Positions 21,101 to 30,700 of a stretch of 64,000 bases of DNA are shown one piece after another (the first letter of the stretch is position 1; the number at the start of each line of letters is the position of its first letter). The notes below the pieces were generated by a model, which worked only from the letters and a program-made list of their open reading frames with translations, searched no databases and was not told the origin of the DNA. This DNA comes from Ylistrum balloti (taxonomy: Eukaryota), in NCBI RefSeq assembly GCF_031769215.1, contig NW_026782064.1:1674001-1738000 (forward strand). The letters are read 5' to 3'. The translations under genes and the position numbers were made by a program.

Positions 21101-23389
21101 TTTTTTGTTTGTATGAAAGGGCAATATTCTTTAATTCATGAAATCAACAACTTATCGCCATTTGTTTCTTTAATTATAAATCATCATTACTATTACATTT
21201 ATTGAGAACCCATGGTTGGCACGTTTTTGAAATTAGTTTGATCTATATTTAAGTCTGAGCCTGAAAAAATCTATAACTTCTTATCAAATTTGCCTATTAT
21301 ATTTTCTAGTATTGTGAAATAATATGTTCTACTATTTCTCATTGACTAAAATATTGTCATGTGATTCCAAATTATATTATATGACTCATGCCTTTGATCT
21401 CTGGTTGAGAGAGCGATACTCATGAAGATTTGCCAAAAACACAATACAACTTCAAATTGCCAGTCACCTGCATACAGGTCTGCCTGAATCAAGTGATTTC
21501 TGTGACATGGACATTTTGATCCAGGAAAGTTACAGTAAAAACATTTGACACACCAGCATAACATAATATTTCAACTTCCTATCAAAACGAGATCAGTGCT
21601 AACAAGGAACTTCATGGAATTTACATCCCCCGCTTTCCAAACATATTGTAAGTAAATATTTTAGAGGTTAGGAGTAAACATGTCATAATGCTATGTACAA
21701 TGATATAGTTTAATGATAAACTGATAATATTTGTGGGACTTCACGTTACATCTAAATCAGATTATATTTAGGAAAAATAGAGCACAAAAACTAACCAACC
21801 AATAAATGAAAGGATACCTAATTAGTATGCACAGATATTAACAGATGATGCTGATTGCTGAACACAGTCTTATGTGCCCTCATATGCATCTGCTGACCAA
21901 GTTTCACCCAAGTCGGATGATATTTGGGGAAGTTAGAACACGGAAATAAAAGTGTGACAAACGGACGAACCCAAATTAATATCCCCCGGATGGGGGATAA
22001 TTACAAAAGATGGGTCACAGACTATTTATCATGTATGAAAATTTTAAAAGACAGTGATTCTGTTAAAAATATAAACTTTTAAATAATTTTACCATATCAT
22101 TGTTCAAAGTATAACAGACTTATCATTTGTTGATATAACATGTAGAATTGTTTGTTATTCTAGTGTGTATGTAAATTGATGCCATTCAATACTAATGCAA
22201 TTAATTATTGCAGGCATTTTGGCTAAGCTTTAAATGATGGTTGTCATCCATGTACCAGAAGTGGCTTACCCTTCCTGAACCTCTGGTCCTATACCCCTTG
22301 GTCAACTTTTTCTATATTATGTAAATCTGTCTTTTTTTCATGTTACTGACTTTGAGTTTGGGTTGCAATTTTCTTAACTTCTCATAATTTTCTGATTGTT
22401 TTCAAAGTCAGATTACATATACATGTAAGTAAATAAAAAAATTATTGACATCCATCATTAAACATTGATATTCACCTAAGCCTCGGTGAATATTGCTTTT
22501 CTGGATTAATTAAAGTCTTTTATTACAATGTTTGCGTTATTCCTTTTACTGATTTTCCGATTTCAAACATTATATGTTACTGTTATACCAACTCAAAATT
22601 AATAATATAACAATTTTTACAATGCAAGAAAATTTAATTGATAGTGAAAATGGCATTATTATCAACATCAGTTTCCTTGTTTTTCACACAGACAAGAAAT
22701 ACATTGTTTTATTTGAATTTTTAATTCAATCATCTCTGAATGATTTCAATTTCATATTGGGTTAAATTGATTTTTTTCCTGAAATAAAAAAAAAATCATT
22801 TTTGATAATGATATTTAGCTATTATAGCATTTTGATGTTGGTCAATACAAGTAGTCATCACATAGTTTATTTATTAACCTCAAATAAAACCATTAACTAG
22901 TGCCCACTGAATCCTCAGTCGTTATTGTTAACAATGTTCATAAAACATGTATTGACATCACAAAAAGTTAATTGGTTATTATTGCTTTGTAAGTTGTCTT
23001 TTATAATAATCATAACATTAATTCACAAACTCAACCAAGTTCAAAACCTCCCTTTATTTACAGTGTGATTGAACAATGTACCATGTTACTGTAAAGATCT
23101 ATTACTTAACAATTTTCTACATACTTAGCAATTGTATTGTGCTGGTTTGTGAGGCTTGAAGTGGTGGGGTGGGGGGTCAAGAATGAGTTATCCCCCTTCT
23201 CATGTATGCTACAGCTGAACTGATTTATCAGAATTAATGAAGTACTATTAATGAATCTTTTTTAATAAGTTGCAAACCTACTAATAAATTCTGATAGTTT
23301 ACCTCTGTATCCACAGCATCTTTGTCATAGTTTTTTGTGCTCTGAGACTGATCAGACGCCAATAGTGTACCGTCTCCTGCTTCATTCAT
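1..23389 (-). CDS. ZMYM4: MYM-type zinc finger protein (single invertebrate co-orthologue of ZMYM2/3/4, Drosophila woc family); 17 coding exons, 3' end runs off the window start
   Basis: Hand-spliced exons, all GT-AG and phase-consistent: 23303-23389, 20653-20689, 18105-19462, 17598-17655, 17169-17257, 15613-16882, 11952-12026, 9770-9837, 9197-9359, 8059-8240, 7707-7833, 6552-6758, 4047-4496, 3283-3408, 1914-2171, 1045-1162, 1-183 (4,856 nt). Domains in order: acidic N-terminus; eight CxxC...FCSxxC MYM fingers; CKP..TKATSCRPH and proline-rich PVPIPVP segments; C-terminal DUF3504-type domain ([50 protein letters not shown]). The paralogue symbol is nominal. Confidence 0.93.
1045..1162 (-). CDS. 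ZMYM4: ZMYM exon 16 (...[24 protein letters not shown])
   Basis: ttttctag acceptor, ATG|gtaatt donor; conserved [14 protein letters not shown]. Confidence 0.93.
1914..2171 (-). CDS. ZMYM4: ZMYM exon 15 ([38 protein letters not shown]...)
   Basis: ORF 1906..2163; ttttacag acceptor, CAA|gtaggt donor. Confidence 0.93.
2694..3295 (-). repeat. 40-bp tandem array (about 15 copies) spanning the ZMYM exon 14 / intron junction
   Basis: Sense unit ATTAACACTGCAG|GTAAGTGAACCTTTAAGTATAGCACTG; period 40. Confidence 0.97.
3283..3408 (-). CDS. ZMYM4: ZMYM exon 14 ([42 protein letters not shown])
   Basis: gttgcag acceptor, CAG|gtaagt donor; 126 nt, phase 1 to 1. Confidence 0.92.
3548..3690 (-). mobile_element. 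tRNA-derived SINE-like element
   Basis: Minus strand has A-box-like TAGCTCTAACGGTTGAGCA, B-box-like GTTCAAATCC and a TGTTACA tail; related to the copies at 26089-26528. Confidence 0.6.
4047..4496 (-). CDS. ZMYM4: ZMYM exon 13, basic NLS-like stretch and start of the DUF3504-type domain
   Basis: ORF 4036..4368 extended upstream to the cattacag acceptor; [41 protein letters not shown]; TAG|gtaagt donor. Confidence 0.93.
5345..5403 (-). mobile_element. Penelope-like terminal fragment: hammerhead-like core followed by AATAAA, in a ZMYM intron
   Basis: Minus strand GTGTC-CTGATGA-A-GCC-(12 nt)-GGC-GAAA-C-TG-G-TC-CACAAACC-AATAAA; stem I is imperfect. Confidence 0.45.
6552..6758 (-). CDS. ZMYM4: ZMYM exon 12 (...EFGEDMLQMALRMATE...MDLESSID...)
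   Basis: Within ORF 6538..6924; ataacag acceptor, CTG|gtaggt donor; 207 nt, phase 1 to 1. Confidence 0.88.
7707..7833 (-). CDS. ZMYM4: ZMYM exon 11 (EIQERIPSDPLEAELLMMAEAVA...)
   Basis: Conserved P.DPLEAELL.MAE motif; GCAA|gtaagt donor. Confidence 0.9.
8059..8240 (-). CDS. ZMYM4: ZMYM exon 10, proline-rich segment
   Basis: LVPLPIPYYIPTPMMMYTQYTPVPIPIPVPIPVPCFIP; ttgtag acceptor, AAG|gtcagt donor. Confidence 0.92.
8487..9222 (-). repeat. 59-bp tandem array (about 12 copies) spanning the ZMYM exon 9 / intron junction
   Basis: Sense unit GTAAGTTACAG + TTCAGACCAAGGTCAGGTCCTACACACACAACAAGGAGACACAGACAG; period 59. Confidence 0.97.
9197..9359 (-). CDS. ZMYM4: ZMYM exon 9 (...KNKSLLCKPFVQTKATSCRPHTQTKETQT)
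   Basis: Conserved ZMYM CKP/TKATSC motif; donor CAG|gtaagt. Confidence 0.9.
9770..9837 (-). CDS. ZMYM4: ZMYM exon 8 (PQQQAMRNTQMPNLVNSQAQPR)
   Basis: tattccag acceptor, AGG|gtttgt donor, phase 1 to 0. Confidence 0.72.
11952..12026 (-). CDS. ZMYM4: ZMYM exon 7 (VVTSQQKQTHVPVISNVVSLSSQNT)
   Basis: Donor CAG|gtaagt; AAG acceptor chosen to keep phase 1 to 1; the PVISNVVSL motif resembles ZMYM sequences as I recall them. The acceptor position is less certain. Confidence 0.72.
12432..13222. repeat. 49-bp tandem array (about 16 copies) in ZMYM intron 6
   Basis: Plus-strand unit ATAATGTGATAGTTCTGACTAACAGACTTACACCAGGAGATAC[C/G]TGTTT; period 49. Confidence 0.97.
13588..15166. repeat. 52-bp tandem array (about 30 copies) in ZMYM intron 6
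   Basis: Plus-strand unit AAACCCATAGTCCTGGGGTGGGGTAAATGCTTTATTGGAACAGTCCTTCACA; period 52. Confidence 0.97.
15613..16882 (-). CDS. ZMYM4: ZMYM exon 6, MYM zinc-finger array
   Basis: ORF 15512..16966 with repeated CxxC-x(16-22)-[FL]C[SGD]xxC units; acceptor tttttcag; weak donor GAG|gtacac. Confidence 0.93.
17169..17257 (-). CDS. ZMYM4: ZMYM exon 5 (SKEIKQEPKSGETKVKSTSKTQTCIVCQK), start of the first MYM finger
   Basis: ttttcag acceptor, AAG|gtaggt donor, phase 1 to 0; the CxxC continues into exon 6. Confidence 0.88.
17598..17655 (-). CDS. ZMYM4: ZMYM exon 4 (FEEKKEDKKEGELNIKEEN)
   Basis: tttcacag acceptor, ATG|gtaaga donor, phase 0 to 1. Confidence 0.8.
18105..19462 (-). CDS. ZMYM4: ZMYM exon 3, acidic low-complexity region with internal 12-aa repeats
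   Basis: ORF 18093..19454; acceptor ctttcag, donor AAT|gtaagt. Confidence 0.88.
19075..19275 (-). repeat. Coding 36-bp repeat (VEDTPAVDDSSP-like, about 6 copies) in ZMYM exon 3
   Basis: Translation: VEDIPAVDDSSP IEDTPAVDDSSP VEDTPDVGDSSP VEDTLSVDDSLP VEDTPGV. Confidence 0.9.
20020..20058 (+). mobile_element. SINE body fragment
   Basis: GTGAAGTGTCTTACCCAAGGACACAA resembles a conserved SINE-body motif I recall from fish and mollusc repeats; the family is not verified. Confidence 0.35.
20424..20525 (-). mobile_element. tRNA-derived SINE head, with a more decayed neighbour at about 20215-20310
   Basis: GGTAGCTCAGTTAGCAAAGC...GGTCCTGGGTTTGAATCC...CCTGTTACA. Confidence 0.6.
20653..20689 (-). CDS. 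ZMYM4: ZMYM exon 2, 37 nt (LRDVEQTGDNTT)
   Basis: Acceptor ttttcttgcag, donor CAG|gtgggt; phase 0 to 1 exactly bridges exons 1 and 3. Confidence 0.7.
21790..22001 (+). mobile_element. Non-autonomous Helentron/HINE-like element fragment
   Basis: ACGGACG microsatellite remnant followed by the perfect terminal hairpin TATCCCCC-GGAT-GGGGGATA (21980-21999), a typical HINE 3' architecture. Weaker similar fragments occur at about 39545-39700 and 48465-48780. Confidence 0.5.
23303..23389 (-). CDS. ZMYM4: ZMYM exon 1 (MNEAGDGTLLASDQSQSTKNYDKDAVDTE)
   Basis: ATG at 23389 in the CpG-retaining promoter region; donor GAG|gtaaac; phase 0, matching exon 2. Confidence 0.7.
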
Positions 23390-24268
23390 TGCCGCGGCTT
23401 TTCAAATGGTGTCCTCAATGCAGGTCTCTTTTACCTATCCTGATATGAAATGTTGCCAAATTGGCAATGTCAAATTTCAGATGTAACACGAGGGGTTTCA
23501 GATGTATAAATGGTGAATCAAGCCTAAATAGCGCGCGAGCCATTCATGAAGCCCTTTGACTGTACCTCAACCTCGTTTTCAGATATTGCCTCTGACTTGA
23601 AGGCGACCGTGTCTGATATTTACAGAAATGAACTGAAAAATGAAATTTAATTTTCATTTTAAAAATAATTTTCTTGCTTCAGCCGTTTCAAAAGTCGGAA
23701 ATTAAGTCTGTTGAAATGAAAAATATCTTTGTCACGTGTTTAAATACATGAAATTTAATCTGTTCATTGTGTGGAGATTCTAATATTTGATACGGATCAG
23801 GGCTAGCCATTTTTTTCTCAATGGGGCCAAAAGAAGGGTGACAGGGTTAAAGCTGATCGTGCACTTATGTAATAAAGTCTGTTTCGGTATAAAAGTCGAT
23901 ATATTGGAATTGGTTTATTTTTATATTTATCATCTGTCTTTGGATAAATCCTAATTAAACTTTGTTGCCCAACCATAATTCAATTCTGCCAACAACAAAG
24001 GTAATCAAACTGATTATAGGGGAATGATATTTGTTTTTATATTTTGCATTCGAACTATCATCACTAGTTGTAAATGCGTTGCAGCATAAAGTCTAAGTCT
24101 ATCTTAACGTTAATATCATACTGACCTACGTAGTATATAGGGTTCCGGAATTTATCCATTATTCTGGTTGTTATTTTGTTGATCACGTGACTAATTAACA
24201 TAAGCACGCAGCCATTTTGGAAAGTGGAACAAAGACGACGCTGGGAAAACAACTCGTACACTATCAAT
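23390..24268. promoter_or_regulatory. Bidirectional promoter and 5' UTRs shared by the ZMYM and DBHS genes
   Basis: The divergent ATGs are about 880 bp apart; CpG is locally retained compared with the flanking introns; YY1-like GCCATTTT occurs at about 23807 and 24210. Confidence 0.75.
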
Positions 24269-24757
24269 ATGTCGGAAAAGACAGCAACGAAGCCCGTTAC
24301 ACCTGCAAAGAAAGAGCCAACTGAGAACAAAACTCCAACACCGGTAAAACCTAAACCACAACAGGATGGGAATAAACATCATGACCAACAGAACAGAAAT
24401 CGTGGTGGAGGTGTCGGTGGTGGTGGCGGTGATCGAGGTGGCCATGGAGGACCACGGCGTGGCGGTGGCGGCGGAGGAGGTCGCGGACGATTTAACAATA
24501 ATCGTAACTATTCCCAGGGCGGAGGAGGCGGAGAACGCCATTCTCATGCAGGACACAAAAATCAGCCGGAGGTAGATTCCAACGATGATCCGTCTGGACC
24601 AAAAGAAGATTTAAAATTCACGGGAAGATGCCGTCTCTTTGTTGGAAATTTGACGCCAGATGTAACTGAAGAAGAGTTCAAGGGAATGTTCACAAAATTT
24701 GGCGAAATATCAGAACTCTTTGTTAATGGAGCAAAGGGGTTTGGATTCATCCGGATG
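24269..24757 (+). CDS. NONO: DBHS exon 1 (RGG-rich region, first half of RRM1)
   Basis: First ATG in ORF 24224..24793; donor ATG|gtacga. Confidence 0.9.
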
Positions 24758-27700
24758 GTACGAATCTTGTTTATCTTTGAGTTAAGGATGTAAAGTATTG
24801 GACAGGTCGAAGAAAATTTGCTTATCATTCCTTTTGCTTCAAATATAAAATTCTCATTGTAGTTAGCATTCATTTTAGATTGATCGGGATGATGTCTGTA
24901 ATTAATTATCTTGTACTTAACTATGTATATATATTTATCTGGTTAAGAAATTTTATGTATTGATTGTGCTTAAATTTAAACTTGGCCAATGAAAGTTTTT
25001 TCATTGCTCATGCTAGCTGAATGTGCAGTGTAGCAAAGTCAGGGTCCAGAATAGTGCTTCTAGCTTTGCATAAAGTAAAAGACTTCTTGAAGAATGTTGT
25101 AACTGAAATTAGAAGTAAATCTTTGACATAAATACATGTATGTTACATGTTAAGACACTGTTTCATGCTCCAAATTCTCTATTCTTCCAATACACTTGTT
25201 TTTTGGGGTGCATTAATCAGATCTACTGATACTCTTGTTATTTAAATTATTATTGGGTAAAAAGCCTTGATGCTGATATTTGATCTAGCTGAATAAACTG
25301 GTGATAGGTAAAAGATTAACTTTTCTCATGCCAATGGAAAGATCCAATGGCTTAAAACTATTTTGAGAAGATCACACTTTTTTTAGTGGAGGCAAACCTG
25401 CCTTTTTGATAGCCTAGTTATATTCTAATTGTGGAAGAAAGCCAGCAGGAATATGTATATTTGAAATCAGATTCTAAAAAAAATTGCTCTGTTATTAGGA
25501 CTATAGACACAATGCAGAAGCAGCAAAGGCAGCCCTAGATGGAACACAGAGGAAAGGACGTAGTCTCAGAGTTCGATTTGCAAATCATGGAGCTGCAATC
25601 CGAGTTAAGAACCTATCTCCATTTGTATCCAATGAGCTTTTGCACCAGTCCTTCTCACAGTTTGGTGACATTGAAAGAGCCATTGTTTGTGTGGATGATA
25701 GAGGAAGGTCATCAGGAGAAGGAATAATAGAGTTCGCTAGAAAACCAGGTGCCAGTCAAGCCATGAAGAGAATCAATGAAGGAGTTTTCCTCATGTCAGC
25801 GTAAGAATTTGATTTTATGTTTTATATCATCTCTTGCCATAGTTGCAAGGATTGATTGGTTCCCTTTTTACATATATTATGTGTTAACAAATGCAGATAT
25901 CAATCACAACAAGCTTGGGGTAAGTTGTGGGCTCTTCATTGGTATGTTGACCAGTTTTGCCCCTAGGTGAAGCCCACACAAGATCAGGCAAAACTGGTTG
26001 ACATACCAATGAACATCCCACAATTTACCCCAAGCTTGTGGGATTGATATGTCTTTGTTTTGCTCTTCTTCCTCAATCTTCATGCATCTGTAACAGAAGT
26101 CATTTTTCCATCTCAATGCCTCTAAGAATGAACCCGGGAGGCGTATCACGCTCAACCAATCGAGCTAAAGAGAAGTTCTCTCTGCCGAGTGGTATATTGC
26201 GGCTAGTATTTTACCAGGGTTACATACTCCCTCTCCAGAAAATAACTAGTCCTCGAGTTTCCAGGGTTCACAGCGGTACTTGTGAAAGTAATGCTGGTGG
26301 TACTCAAGTTTCCAGGGGTTACAGCTACGCCGGTGGGGCATGGCTAAGTACTATTCCCGGGTCCCTCCATGGGCGCCAATGTAACAGAAGTCATTTTTCC
26401 ATCTCAATGCCTCTACTAGGAATCGACAGTGATGATCATCCTCAACCAATCGAGCTAAAGAGAAGTTCTCTCTAGCCGAGTGGTATATTGCGGCTAGTAT
26501 TTTACCAGGGTTACATACTCCCTCTCCAAATGGAAGTGTAACAACTTTGATAAATAAGTTTGTCACAGGTTGAAATTAATGATATGATCTGAATATTATG
26601 CTGTGAACATTCTTGACTGATGGTTACTATATAAGGTATTCCTGCTTGTATTTCCAAAATTGGTGCTTGATAATTTAACTCGGGTAACTTCAATACCTCT
26701 GATTTTGTTCTGGTTTGTAGTTACCCAAGACCAGTTTTTGTGGAGCCCTTGGAGCAAAAGGATGAAGAAGATGGTCTGCCAGAGAAATTCTTGCCTAGAA
26801 ATGAACATTGCAGAAAAGACAGAGAAAAGGAGCCTAGATTTGCTCCACCAGGTTCTTTTGAATACAGATTTGCACAGCGATGGAAGGAATTAGATGAGCT
26901 GGAGAAACAGCAACATGAGAGAGTAAAGCAAGAAATGGAAGATGCACGAATCAAACTGGAAGCAGAGATGGAGGGTGCCATGTACGAGTTCCAAGCTGAA
27001 CAAATCAGAGCAGGTGTGTATAGCATTTTTGATTCAAGAAATACAAGACTCATTTTATTAATGGTGAAAATATGAGATAGTTGGTCTGTAATATTGTATT
27101 CCCTAGGACATTTGCATTTGAGTAATGCAGTGATGCATAATCATCATTTATATCCTGTAGTGCTGGCAAAACCAGAATTTTTGCCAGATATTTATAAACT
27201 TAACTTACTGTACCACAACCCATAACATTCCACTTCCATACACAAACACATCCCTATGTATAATCTTGCAAGCATGCTATTTGTATAGAACTATACATCA
27301 CTATAACACTATAGATACAGAGGTAAACTGGATATCCACTGTAAATAAATGCACTTAAACATACAAGTGAAAAAAATTACCTGAAAAGATGAAAAAAAAC
27401 TTGAGTGTTAATTCCATATTGAAGTATTAAGTTAAGCTACAAAAGAGAAAAAATAGCTTAAATGTTTTTCCTTCAGCATATGTTGAATTAAAATCATATT
27501 TGATTTGTAGCATCACTTGTTCATATAAGGACTATCACATGTATGGAATTGAAAATTGAACATGAAATTATACCTGTACTTGTACTTTTTGTTTTAATTG
27601 TTATATATTTATAGGAATACATCCAGGTATGAAGCACTGCAAAATGTTAAAAGGTGTTGAGTTGTGTTAATGATATAAATCAAGGGATATATATTCATTA

Positions 27701-30700
27701 TTCTTTTGTCTTAAATACTCTTCTGGAAATTTCATTTGAACACCTACATTAACCATTTTTTGGTGTCATTGCAGATCTGTTAAGACAACAGGAAGAACTT
27801 CAAAGAATTGAGGAAATGAGACAAGAACAGATGAGGCGTAGACAAGAAATGGACATGCGGTAGGTTTCAAGGATATTAGTGGTAGAACCATATTTCGTGT
27901 AGGGTACATGTTTATAACAGAATTGAAAAAAATCTAATTAAGTTTCAGCAATAAGAGAGAAAGTTTTGTTTGTCTTCCCTCAAATATGATGCTGTCAGAT
28001 AGGATGACATACTCTCTTTTTCATTCTATGTTAATATTTCTAATTACATTTGAAAATATCTTGCTTCATCTAGCAAACAAAGTATCCATTATTGATAAAC
28101 TTTCCCCCTCTTTACAACTGACAGGATTTGGTGTGTATTGCTTTTATAACATTATCAATTCACCAATAACTGATATGAAAATATGAATAAAACACATTGT
28201 AATTACTTGTAGGCCTCTCTACATCATAGTTCCCCGATATCATTTTACCACTTCTAAAACAATCTTTGTTTGGCATTATGTTTGTATCTTCTATGTTGAA
28301 TTACATTTTTGTGTTAAATTAAATGGTTAATCTGGTATGAAATTGTTGTTTCACTCAAGTTCATTTGTATCAGATATACTGGTACTCTTTAAGGTTCCTA
28401 TTGCTGAATTAATAGATGCTAGCAATGGTTGAAATATAGATAACATAATTCTGATGGCCAGGTTCCATCTCTTCTATAAGCATGGATCATTTGCAATATC
28501 TGATTTGTTGGTTTTGATATCTTATAATTGGTGTTAAAGAAATGCCAATTATTTCAGTCGACAAGATGATAATAGGATGGTAAGAGAAGAAGAAGAGAGA
28601 CGCAGAGAGATGATAATGAGGGGAGAAGGAAGTGGTATGAGAGGAGGAAGAGGACCAATGGACAGAAGCGGTCAGATGGAACAGGTAACACTGAACTTGT
28701 TAACAGATCATTATGTAGAATTGATGTTACATGTTTGTTAATTGACAATAACTGGTAGTAAACCCATCTGTATATATTTTAAAAATAAACCTGTCCAATC
28801 AAATTCTGATCCATTGCTGTTTCATTGTCTTGCAATAAGCCCAAACCTTGAATAAGAAGTAATGTGTAGGTCATCTAACTGTATGATAAGTATGGTAAGC
28901 AGTTATGTCATATACACAATAATACTTTCACAGATTTGTAGAGACACTGAATCAACAATCATAATAAATGGGTTCTCTTGAATCCATTGAGTTTCATATT
29001 GTGCCAGTTGTTACAGAATAGAAATATATAGGGAGCAGAATCACATCTATTTGTTTATTTCAAAATACAGATCACTATATTCAACACTTAGACAAGACTC
29101 AAAATAAATATTGGCCTTCATTTGTATGTAGAAGTTGACGTGATAAACTATACTTTCAACACAGTTCATGAATTTGATTCTCTGAATTTACTTGTGAAAA
29201 GGAGAACATCAAAAATTTTCACACTGATATTCCTGTGGAATGATGCAGGTGCATTGTCTACAAAAGTAAGCAATGTTTATGATTACCTCAAGTAAGTGTT
29301 GTAATTCAAGTAAATAAGCTGCAAGTTAGGTCCTGTGAAATCTAGTAAAAACTTCTGGAAGTTAGTAATGACGGTCTATGTGAACCATGTAAAATTTTGA
29401 GGAAATTTTGGTCCAAAAGTGAAGCTCTGTCAGCTCCTATGTGTGTATGTATATAATTGATAAATAGCAGATGGCCTGGGTGCTGTTATGTAGCTGTGTA
29501 ATAAACCATTAGTGGTTTGAAAATACACATTGAATGTCCTGTACTCCATACTGGATATGTGTGGTAAATAGTTGAGGCAGAATTAAGGAATACAATCAAA
29601 CTGAATCAGCATTACTACATCATTATTTTGTCGGTTGATTGTTGCACATTAACTTCGAATACATAATGTAACACCTGGCTTTACTTTTGATGGGAGTATT
29701 GACATGGCAAGACCATTTTATTGCATGAAATAGGTAGCTTTATTGAATAATTTCGCAAATATTGAATCAGGAGTACTTGACTGTTAATTGATAGTGTTTT
29801 CTAAGAATGATTGTGACATGTTATAAACGATGTTGTATAAAAGATATGCATGTGAATAGCACTGAAATACAAATTTAGGGTTGGATTCAGTGGAGCTAAA
29901 TAATGAGGTAAACTTTCAACTTGGTTCCTGATTTTGCTTTAATATAGCTATCAAATCTTTATTCTAGACTATGGACATAGTGTATATGTCCATTTTAACT
30001 TCAAGATTTGTGATAAAGTATTGTGTATTCTTTCAGCTAATTAAGTAACATACATTATGTTCGCTTTCATCAACATCCAGAAATGATTTGACACAAATAT
30101 TTTTGTTGTTACATTTTTACAATACTACATCAGCAGAATTCTAATTGGAGCACAAACCTCCTGCCACTGTTGTTAGCTAAGATGTAACTGATTTGTTACA
30201 GCCGGGAATGAGAGGCGATGGAATGCGTGGAGACGGAATGCGTGGCGATGGGATGCGTGGAGAAGGCATGCGTGGTGAAGGAATGCGAGGTGAAGGAATG
30301 CGCGGCGATGGGATGCGAGGAGAAGGCATGCGTGGTGAAGGACAGCGGGGTCGTTCTGGAGGGCCTCCACCTGTACCACCACCTCCAGCCCCTCCTGCTG
30401 CCATGGGCATTGAAAATGTAAGTGTTGCTAACTGCATAGTATACATATGTGCCATAGGATATCTCTCGGGGAAATTGGTGCAAAAGTTGAAATGCAGCAC
30501 TCACCATAGCCACATTTAAAATAACCTGCCATGGTATACCTTACTCACAAGTCATATCATAGTAAAATAAGAAGAAAGTTTGGTACCTCTGGGTTGACAT
30601 AATTTTGCATATTAGAATCGTCTGATTGAGTTTTGGCTTTCTCACAATGTCTTTGATATAACTAGTGATTTGTGTAGCTACAATTGCTAGATTTAGAATT

